The notes under the pieces are model-generated. The model saw only the letters and a program-made list of their open reading frames with translations. It searched no databases and was not told the origin of the DNA. The position numbers were made by a program, and so were the translations under genes. From Fimbriosthenelais zetlandica (Eukaryota), in contig OZ365114.1 in NCBI GenBank assembly GCA_977030845.1, positions 25,854,001 through 25,918,000 on the forward strand: a DNA stretch of 64,000 bases. The letters are read 5' to 3'. Below are positions 53,267 through 64,000 of the stretch, in pieces (position 1 is the first letter of the stretch; the number at the start of each line of letters is the position of its first letter).

Positions 53267-54693
53267 TCACAGGATACAACAAAATTTGTCCTGCGGTCGC
53301 TGTTGCCGACAAAGAAGATCCTTAGGCCGTGCCGTGCCCACAGTGACGGTACGGTGCATGATGCGCAGTCCTACCTCTGACGGCGGACGCTGCGTTCCTT
53401 CTGTTGCCAGGTGACCTATAGCCAGGTTATCTGATATTATAAAATCCCCGCTCTTCCACTGCAAGTAAAAATATCATCCGTATCCTTTATTATGAAGAGA
53501 CAGATCCTAATTACTGCTACAGAAGAAAGATGACATAGTTATGACCATATACCCAAGTGATGAATAATTATGTATTTAGGTGTCTTACTTTGTGGTGATA
53601 AAGCAGGGCACCATTATCCCGGCATATAGCGTTATTTACAGCCTCTATCAGGAATGCCGTCTCCTCTTTTGACAGTTGGATCTGCTGTAGCGTTCCCATA
53701 TCCTGTATGAACCGACTCATCTTCCCTAAACTAATACACAATGTCTGGAAAAAAATAACACACTTCAGTTTATAAAAGTGAAAATTCAGATTGACACCTT
53801 ATCTTCCTTTAATTTACTTTATAGAAGTCTTGTTCAAAATTCACATTGATGACAAGATAAGACGGACCTTCTGACCAGTAGTTGGATGGCAGTACACTAA
53901 GGGATGGATAACTTGACCAGGAGTATCTTGATAGCCACGGATATGTTTGAAGGTTTTAAGCATGGCAAGGCGCTTCCATTCATTCTTCTCCCGACGAGAC
54001 AGTCCAGCATAGACATCATTCAGCGAGACAAAAACTGCCGACAAAATAAAATTGTAGTAAACGATCACCATAATTCATAAGCAGATGGGAATACCGTAGA
54101 GAAAATCTATACGTCACACAATTAAATAGGCCCATATTAAACGAACTTTAGGAAGAGAACCGTGTAATAAGGCTTACTTGTTTCTCCCTCAGTTGGAGCT
54201 TGAACCATATGGTAGATAGAGAAATTATTCGGGGCTTTCATAAATGATCCATCCACATGGAATCCTGATGTACCAAAACCAGTGAAGCCATGTTCCTCAT
54301 CGTTGGAGACACGGAGGATGCGCCTGTCAGGGGCTTCAGGATGAAGTTCAAAACCCGCCGTCTCTACTTCCCCAAACCACTGTGTGATCTCAATATGGCG
54401 TTCACCACTCACAACACCCTGATTCTGAAATCAGAAAAATAAATATTATATATAGATCTAGGGATAGAATTATGCTTATAATATCACATAATTTTGGGGG
54501 GAACCTGAATTTTAGGGTTGACATTTTTTTTTTTTTAAATCCAAAAAATACGAACTCTGAATATTAGAAGTTTGTAACGATGGACATCTTTGACGAGCTT
54601 TTTAATCACTTTATCGTCGACTGGTTCCTGGATATTGAGGCCTTCTACTTCTGCTCCCACTGGTTTTATTGGCACCAAAGTATAGGGGGCCAT
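53267..54693 (-). CDS. TauD/TfdA-family Fe(II)/2-oxoglutarate dioxygenase (~299 aa, 5 coding exons)
   Basis: Exons 54693-54556, 54424-54178, 54034-53868, 53744-53589, 53458-53267 (900 nt); N-terminal P.GAEV.G, HxD in GFHVDGSF, W..GD...DNL..GH and HR.TV motifs. Confidence 0.88.
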
Positions 54694-57600
54694 CTCAACG
54701 ACCTCTCACATTTTTCTGTTGGGAAAGAGTATAAATGTTAGTCTAATATTAATGATTCATTGATTCAGATTGAAAACACGAAATGAAACCAAGCACTTTG
54801 TTGTCATATGGAGGAATGAGTTCTATTAGATTCTAGCCTAGCATTGTAGCAAGTACAGCCTTGTCCTTCGGCTTAGCCTTTGCCTGGCCCCGGGACGGGC
54901 GGGGCTGAGCCCAGTGCAGCGGCCGACCAATTCATCGGCCTCTGGCAGAAGTCACTTACTAATATGCCAAAACATACATATATCAATATCTTCTAAACTT
55001 ACCTGACAATCTAATTGGACGTAAATAAGGGCAGGATCTTGCAGATTTAAGGCAGAATCGAGAAAATTTACGTTGGCTGTGGAGGTGATCTGACAGCCAT
55101 ACCGCGACTTCCTGTGTACTACGTCACGCCTTTTGGGGAAGATTGCTGAATATGGATTGTGATATCGAAAGCGTGTCTATAGCCACCATGCGCCCCAAAG
55201 AACCCATATTCTCCTATCACGCGGCGGCGAGAAGAGTGTATTCGCTGTGTCTATGGTCTTAGGAAAATAAATAAAGTGACATATTTTTTCTGACAGAAAT
55301 TTCCTATCCAATAAAAGTAACAGATGGGAAAATCCATATTCTTTTAAATTGTTTTATTCAACATCTGTACGCATTTACAAAAAACTAATTGGTGAGCTTT
55401 ACAATTGGGAATATTTACAAGGGAAATCACAGTGTATTCCCTCTGCGTGGGAGTTCTGTTGCTATATAATTGTGTTAGTCTTTAAGTAGCAAACACTCCA
55501 CCAGCACTTAGTGTACAAGGAAAGTTTTAACCTATGATACAACGTCCCCAAATTTTATAATCTCAATTATAATGTCTACAAATAAATTTCTGGTGCTTCC
55601 TCCATGAGATTAGGACATTTGATTTCTCTGAACAACTTAGTTAGAATTGAAATATAGTTAAATTTAGAACTACCTGTATCCGAAAGCTAAACTGCAAATT
55701 AACATAATTGATCAGGAAAGGAACAATTCAGGCAAATACCTATTAAGGTCTAACACGAAAGTAAATCTAAATTTAAATCCAAAAATATTCAAAATTTACT
55801 TCACAAACACCTTCATTATAAGATAAAACTAGTCACATCTAATTGTCTAGGTCTAAATAAAAATTATTGGAAACTTCATAAATCTACACCTATAATATTT
55901 TGCTATTTAATTTATGTGCCTGGCAGTGGTCTGTAGCACATAAACTCGTACTCATACTCGTGCAGTAATCGTCTTTATAAACGTTCAGTTAAATTCCAAA
56001 TAAATTTAATAAATAATCAGGGCCTGCCCTCCTGAAATTCATTTCAATGGTGAGACGCCAGTAGAAAAGTACGAGGACCATCACCTCATGGAAATTAAGT
56101 GCAAATTGATAAATGATATTTGGGCCACCCGCCTAGACAGCACAAAACAATTGCATATAATGTAACTAAATAAAAAATGTTCAGGGCATTCTGAGGGATT
56201 ATTACTAAGGAAGAATCTATAGACCAAGAACCCAATAAAAATGTTCTCTATATAATTAGAATATACATTCAGTACATTAATTAATACATTCTGAAGTAAA
56301 TTCTGCATCTAAATTAATTTTGACGAGCTATAACACAATATTTTAACTAAACAAACTCGGGCTATTTCAAAGAACCTATAATAATTACTATTGCCAATTT
56401 GCTAATACAATTCTGACGCCTGTCATTAATAAATGTACATCAACTAGCCACACTGGGTAAAACTATTATAAACAGAGCCATGTCCAAACACTCCCGACAT
56501 GAGGTATGGGTAGTCCTTGAATCGTGGCATCGCATAACAAGAGATGAACAAGAACAGGGAAGAATTACAACGACAATTCATTTCATAATAAGTGTAAAAT
56601 TTCCATTAAGGATACTCCAAATTTCAACCGGAGTTTTGGTGTCAATTTTGACCGAAAGGGAGGTATTAATGTCTTAAAAGGACCCCTCTACAATAGGATT
56701 CTATATGATGAACAGCTAAAACTCAGGAGCAGTTCATCTTGTTTAATCTTTAGAAAATCAACATTGTTTACTCCACCCCCATTCATTATAGGATCATATA
56801 GTAATTCATATATTGGGAATATCAAAACTGAATATGGACTACAATCCTACCCTACACTCCAACAATCTGTCTCTCGCCTGTTGTCATACAGGTTCTTAAA
56901 CCCATTGGATTAAAATCACAATATTTTCCAGGGATCCATTAGCCTAACTAGCTGACCACGTGAGTTGTCGTACTATGTACAAAGGTCCAATTATTATCAA
57001 AATTAAAATCAACTCTACTTGTAATTTGCCTAAAATTGGTGGCTTACACACACCAATATTAAAATGAAAATTCATGCTCATCACCAATTTTCTGGAACAC
57101 CAATAACTGGTACATTAGTTCAGGAAAAAAAATAATCAATATCCTCACTTCAAATCTTCGACCACTAATTCAGCGCATAAAGAGAGACCAATGAAACAAT
57201 AAGTTTCAATATCATGTAGGACTTGAGTTGAGCCACTTAACAATGCATTCCTTCAACTTATCTAATCTTAAAACCACACAATTTTATCACTCGATTAACT
57301 GAAAGAAAATCGAGTCATTTTAAAAGCTGCTCCTCCCGTGCTGAACATAAAACTGTTGAGCACATATTATTCCGGTTTACATCTTAACTTTTTGCGTCAT
57401 GGTATCACTATAAACAGTCCTCCTCTGTATTGGGTAAGAGTTAGTTCAGTATAATCTAATTATGTACAGTCACATATATATACAACATCACAACTATGTA
57501 CAACTATAATTCATCCTTCATACCATTGCCATACAGAAGGAAAGTCTATACAAAATACCATTCTTTCTTATTAATCAACTCCCAGACCCAAAGTCTCTCT

Positions 57601-58530
57601 CTTGACCTAAGGCCCTCGCACTCCGTTAAGTGACCTACATTATGCTGATTATAACTACAATCAGATTGCATATTAACATTAACATGCATATATTTTCTTT
57701 ATAAATATATATAAATATGGATTTTCTATTAAGTTCTTTGTAAACAAATAACTTTTAGCATATATATCTTTGGCACATTAGCAGGTGCCGATATGAAATG
57801 ATTCCTCTCGTCAGCACATGATAAACATCATCAGGTTTAAGGCCTTCTCCTACAATTCCAGGTCATTTATAACAATATAACGAACTTTCTTAAACCCTTA
57901 TTGTATGATAACGTGTGGTGAATTTTCATTCCAGAGGATATATTTTCTTTTCCAATATCGCCGATATTTACAAGATCTCTTAATAATGTTAACAAAATAT
58001 GTCTATCCTTGACCTCCAATGGAGATACTGGGAATTCATTCCTAAGATGCACTTCACAAACCAAACTAGGCTAATATCTACTTTACCAAAATTCTATGAA
58101 TTCCTGTCAATACAGCTTTTCCATAAATTAGCCTAATCCAAGCCTTGGGTATACAACAATTTTTGTATTCATAATTGCACTGTGGCACGTGACTTCTAGT
58201 ATATTCAACACACAACTCTTTTTGATGATGCGAGACACTCTGTTTCCTCTGTATACTATGGTATAATTATTAACCCCTTAAAATTGCAATAATTCCTAAT
58301 ATCCCGAAGCATCAGAAATTGTAATTTCAGTCTAAATATGAATTTTATTTCACATTTAGACTGAAAATGAGCAGTAACAATGTAATATCTCTAGGCATAG
58401 CCAGAATGTCCTATGTACAAATATGACAAATATACATGTCTAGGGTACCTAACATGAATTAGTGCATAGATGGCAAGCCATCCAGATAAGTATACACAAA
58501 TGACGTGTCACCATAGAAACCTGATGACGG

Positions 58531-61034
58531 TCATACTTGGGTTGGTCGGCTGGCGCCAGGGCTGAAGGTAGTATCTGGGGAAGCATCCATTGATAGGTTT
58601 AACATATCACTATGGGTACTGTCCCTGTCCATAGAGGCCACGCCTACATCACTATGATTACTTTCTCTGTCCACATTGCTATGGTTACTCTCTCTGTCCA
58701 GGTCACTGGTTGCCATGTTTATACTGTTGTCATGGGGATGGCTCTGACCAGGCTCAGTGGGTGGTCTGAGAGGCCTGAACATGAAGGCGGAGGTGGAGGA
58801 GTTGATACTACTGGTGAGGGTATAGGCTGGCGAGATGCTCGCTGAGTGTCCCATGTTAGGTACCTGCTGCTCAGGGCTGCCACTGTCTGACGGACTCGAG
58901 GAAGATATACTGCAACAAAAACCATTCACATTTGTATAGCCATGTCCAAAATCTTCCATCGAATTTCATTGTAATATATGTATACCTATACCTATGTATC
59001 TGCAGGCCTCATTTAAAACTATATATGTTTATAACTAAAAATTTTTATTTTTTATAACTAAAAGTTTCAATATTCAGAATCTTGGAGAAATTTACATAGA
59101 AGGAATTGGTTATGGCAGTATAAATAATGCTATTGGACGTACCAGTGGATGAGCGGGTGGCTCATGACAGTACTGAGTTGTTCTGGTGTGGAGCTTCCTG
59201 GTATTTGTTGATGAGGACGCTTTGGTGGTGAAAGGTACGACTCAGGGTCATCAAAATCCCCACCCGAAGCCACTACATAAACCAAACATTTTATTTTAAT
59301 AATAATTATTAGGTATTTGTGAAATATATTTTTTAGCCTACATGCATTCAGGCAAATAAAGCAATAGACTAGAACTACTAAATTTTAATTTCATTAATAC
59401 TAATACAAAAATATGTCACTTACATTTTCTTTTAATACTAAGAGGACTAGGTCGGAAGGACATGGGACTACCGCTCCGTCGGCTGTAAAAAAATAAACCA
59501 AAATTATAGAACAATAATTGGAGGAATAAATTTATGAAATGATCAATGAAATTGGCTTAAAGATCGTTAGAAATTATCTTCACCTGACTGATTTCTTACG
59601 AGGACTTGGCGTTGTCCCTGTGCCCGATGACACTGCAGCTTGCAAGGATGGTGAGAAGCATTGCTGAAAGTAAGAAAATGTAAAAAGGTTCAACATGATT
59701 TCAATTCGGTGTAAATATTTAAAAGTGTAAAGGTCTATAAATGATAGGTCCGTTTACTCTGTTAGGTAGATGCGGTACCTTGCCAAGGCGTGTGGGAGAA
59801 GGTGAGCTGGATAAGTGGTAGGGAGGGGTGAGGACGTGTAGAGGTTCTGAGAAGTTAGCTGGTCGTTTATTCTGTGTCGGTGTGACCTCATCCTGCTGTA
59901 ACAGAAGAGAAACATGGATATTTTAACTAAATTACAAACAAATATTCTAAAAATACCTTAACAAATAAACTTACAATAAATAGTCTAAAAATACACATTA
60001 ACAAATAAACTTACAATAAATAGTCTAAAAATACACTAAATACCTACAATTCTCACATATCATAACCATTCATTTTAGGGAGATAGATCTACTTCCATAA
60101 TGAATTACTTACCAGTCGCAAGTCATCAACAGACAGGGACATCTGCATCGCAGATTGCACTTCTCTGTAAACCAATAATTATTTTTTCAGTCACAAAGTA
60201 TAAAATCCAAATTTTGACATAATTTATGCAAATAAATTATTGGAAACAAGATACTCAATCATTATTTTTGTCTTTTGGCTCTGTTTTGAATTTAACCTTA
60301 AAGAGAAATACAGAGCAGTGAGTGTACCGTAGGCCTATCGTTACTTACTTTTCATGAGCAGCTTCACGCTCAGCTACATGAATGCGTTCCTCATGTTTTA
60401 GTTGATTGAGACGATTAGGCGTCTTCAATGCAGCCTGGAAAAAGTAAAAATTAACTTTATCATCTGTTGAAATCGCACTGAGAATTACTAAAAGTCCTGG
60501 AAATATTATAGTTTATACCTGTAGGTCAGACCGTATACTTACATTAGGAGAATGAAGTCCCACACTGCAACTCGCACTGTACCTTCTGATACGAGCACTG
60601 TCTCCAGATTTGAAAATTGACGTTGGAGAACTGAAATTTGAACAATTAAAAAAAATATATTAGGAAAGGAACCATGTCTTCAGGTATAACAATAAATGAC
60701 ATAGGCCTATTAATGATTATGAGATAAAGAAAATCTTTAGGTTTAAGTTCTTTTAATTTTATTTAATAAAAAAATTAGTTAAGATAAAATTCTGGAGGAG
60801 GACATACCTGGCAAAATTACTTAATGTTGGTGTAATTGTGCCCGTTAGTCCACTTGATGAGGTAGTGGAGGAGAAAAGGCCATATTCATTGCGTCTCGGT
60901 GTGGGTGAACTTGGACAGACGCTGGCCAGTAGGTTGATCATAGGCGCACTGTTTGAACGTTTAAGGGGTGGGCCTGATGTCATTGGTACAGAGGTGGTAG
61001 TGGGAGGATCCACCTCCATCCCACTCCCTGCCAT
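58531..61034 (-). CDS. FAM122A: PABIR/FAM122-family PP2A-B55 inhibitor
   Basis: LKRSNSAPMI motif, RLNQLKHEE...EREAAHEKEVQSAMQMS, KQCFSPSLQ, RRSGSP..RPSPL.IKRK; GT-AG exons; stop ends 58531. Confidence 0.88.
59946..60036. repeat. 40-bp tandem repeat (~2.3 units) in a PABIR intron
   Basis: taacaaataaacttacaataaatagtctaaaaatacac repeated. Confidence 0.85.
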
Positions 61035-62429
61035 CCCCACAGGGAGCAATTATATATCCTGGAAAAAATGGAGAAATATGAAATTGATTAGAACATGGAT
61101 ATACATGTAAGTGCATTTAAGCTATGTACGACCTCAAAATACATGATACATATCTAAATAATTTTAAGCTATTTCTGAAAGTCTCGAGTGTAAAGTTGGG
61201 TTATTTAACAATATAACAGTTTTTTTAATTAATTCCAAGAATTTAAAGATGAATTAATTTACTATAATGAAATAATCAGTAGGCCTAGATGGCAGATGTT
61301 ATATAAAATGGGAATAAACTCAAATAAACGGCGAAGATTATTTTTTGATACAGTGTACAATAGATCATGATCCCCAGTCGGCTGAGCACTACCTATGTCT
61401 ATGTACCTACTCAGGCTACTGCATGGTAGGCCTGCCATTGACAATGTGTATTCACACATGGGTCTGGGTCTACCATCTAAACTTTTATTTGGCTTAGAAC
61501 TGTGGACTGGGCTCAGGCCATATCAAAATAACTTAATCTGCTTAGAGTAATTAGAAGATATAGACAGCGATAAAAACGCAGCATCTGCAAATTTCTTGAC
61601 CCAAAGAGGTGTAGAAATAATGAAAATTCCAATGAATGAAATCAAAAATACAGGTATTGTTTTGCAGCTTTCTTCTTGACAATGCATGGATGTCCTTCAC
61701 AACTGATCAGAACTTACCTTTAGAATGTAGTTTTTCTGTAACAAGCAGAATGGAAAAGTTTCATCGAAGAAGATTGAGGCATGTAGAGAGTTTTCTCTCA
61801 GCAAGGAGGTCACTTTTTTGTTATTAAGTCCTAGAAAACTTGAGTGCGCATGTGTCTCACCATTCGCTCATTCTGCGTGAGAACTTCACGGCCATTGGCT
61901 GCACACCTCTGTACCTTGAAAACAGCAGGTTGAAAATCTCAACTTCAATACACTTTCCACGACATAAAAGATACTGTATGACATGGTGCATCCTAACTCT
62001 AACTTTCCATAGTTTCCGAATCATAGAAAATATTGAATAAAATTGTTCCAGAGGCGAAATTCCAATACATTCTCTTCGTCTTCAGCCAATAAGACAGCGG
62101 CTTACGGCCAGGCTCCCCTCGCCGCCTCAAGTCGGTCATTTTACGACATTGAATTTCCCTGAAAATACGGTATTATTTAATATCTAATATTGTATTCACC
62201 TTTTAGAATATACCACATGCATTTCTATCATTTCTGAACCTAGATTATAGATAATAAGAAAATGTTATTCAAATCTATTATCGTAAAATTTTAGCCGTTT
62301 TCCGTCATTACCATAAGTTGTTCACATGGCCGTCATGGCGGACTTTTGAATTCTCGCTTACCGGCTTGATTTGTCACAGAAATTTCACTCGATTTACGCA
62401 TCAAACAAGCAGGACAGAAACCGACAACG

Positions 62430-64000
62430 ATGCACGGAAGCAAGCAGCACGTAGATAAACATGTGGCAAATATCCTTGGTCGCATCAAAGACGCAAAAGA
62501 GGTGAGAAATTTGCCCGGTATTTTCATGTCGTCATCGATCTACTTCGCAACGTCTGAACTGGCACTATAAGTCCAAGTTGCGCAGTTCCTTCCTCATATA
62601 TGATTGTAGTTTTACCCTGCCTGTCACGCTGTGGGGCATCTTTAAGAAGAATATATTCCGATTGATCTTAATATGTCATTTTAATCGGTTAAAATTAAAT
62701 ATAATTTCGTTATGAATGTAGGTTTACCGTCTCCTTTGTTGGGATCAAGTCTGTCTATTCTATAACTATAATGTATAAGCCTATGAGGCTGTGTTATCTA
62801 TCTAGACAGTCTACTAGTTAGGTCTTCATGTTTTATCTTTCTTGATAAGAATATCAATGAATAATTGATTGGTTCCCCATTGTTATTCCCTATTTCCAAC
62901 CGTGGACAATTTCAATACTCATTTGTGGAAGCATTCCATTTAATATTAGTCCTATTAAAATAAATTAATTAGCCTAATTAGGACTGGTATTTTAAATTGA
63001 GTCATTTGTCAATGGTCATATGTTTGATAAATACATTTTTATTTGTTACAGAGAAATGGCCGAGGCTACCAAATAGCTAAACTTTACGTGGATGTTCAGG
63101 AATACGAAGTTGCTAAAAGGTGTGACTTTATAATAATTTAGTCATTTAGAAACTAAAATGATTCAATTTAGCATGTAATGATATCTAAACATTAAAGAGA
63201 CGTAATTTGCCTCCAGGGCTGATTGGTTAATGTTAATTATTTCTGCCTTCTTTAAATATTCTTTACTGATCTAAAACTTTACAATTTCTACCTTCATTTC
63301 ATTTTTAGGTACGTTTCTGGATTTCTGACGGTTCGGGAAAACTTTGCAGCTGGCCACAAGCTCCATGGACAGATTCTGGAACACCTGGGTCAAACCGATG
63401 ATGCCATCACAGCCTACAAACGTTCACTCGATATAGACGACAGACAGAAGGATATAGTTGTGAAAGGTAACCTTTCAACTCTCTTCCTCCATTTGATGGA
63501 TCACAGTTAATGACTGAAAATAAAAAAATTAATGTGTGTGCTTTGATTAATATATATATGTAAAATAATTATTAAATTTATTTTCAGTATGTGAACTTTA
63601 CTTAAAAGAAGGACGGAATGCAGAGGTTTTAAAGGTTAGTGTTGTGCAATATTAAAGGCATTTTATCTGACGTAATTATCTATATCTATATTAATCACTA
63701 GCGTACCAGTTAAATTCTATATATCATTGTAAATTAAGCTCTTTTTAATTGCTATTATTTTATCAAATTCCAGTACTGGTCTGAACGAGCAGATAAGCTC
63801 TCTCCGGGCAATCCTGTCGTTTTTAAAATAAGGGTAAGTTATTATGTAATACTATGCTGACAAAGCTGAAACCTCTTTGTTTATATCAAATATATATATA
63901 ATTTGAAATAATCCTGGTGTGTCAGTATCTGAATAGCTGTAAAAAGTTTGTATTTTCATTTTTAGGAAAAAATTGCAAACTTACAAAATGAAGGGGAATC
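62430..64000 (+). CDS. RANBP2: RANBP2/Nup358 N-terminal TPR region, 3'-partial
   Basis: Exon 1 62430-62501 MHGSKQHVDKHVANILGRIKDAKE (72 nt), then RNGRGYQIAKLYVDVQEYEVAKR, AYKRSLDIDDRQKDIVVK, YWSERADKLSPGNPVVFKIREKL, collinear with recalled human RANBP2 N-terminus. Confidence 0.85.

Overview
Gene-dense, AT-rich, intron-rich eukaryotic DNA from a compact-genome invertebrate animal (probably lophotrochozoan; the taxon cannot be fixed from sequence alone). I reconstructed 11 protein-coding genes by hand from splice sites and recalled human orthologues: PTDSS1 (5'-partial, +), RPL30 (-), WDR35/IFT121 (+), an uncharacterised STPR-like repeat protein (-), EF1-alpha (+), a Ninjurin-family gene (-), glutaminase (-), DTWD1 (+), a TauD/TfdA-type Fe(II)/2OG dioxygenase (-), PABIR/FAM122 (-) and RANBP2 (3'-partial, +). 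Non-coding elements: a clear U14 C/D snoRNA and three tandem H/ACA snoRNA copies in RPL30 introns, two tandem H/ACA copies in an EF1A intron, and a young 5'-truncated Penelope-like (GIY-YIG) retroelement with a 16-bp target-site duplication in a WDR35 intron. Best leads: (1) a Ninjurin with a ~197-aa Cys-rich/coiled-coil insert between its two membrane helices and substitutions matching recalled non-lytic NINJ1 mutants; (2) 16-nt poison mini-exon-like spacers between the tandem RPL30 snoRNAs; (3) frame-preserving micro/cassette exon candidates in GLS (beside the activation loop, plus a presequence-less first exon) and WDR35; (4) strong promoter-proximal clustering of TA-NNNN-TA palindromes (TAGGCCTA, TACCGGTA, TAGATCTA). 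No databases or programs were run; comparisons to human proteins and RNAs are from memory and need verification.
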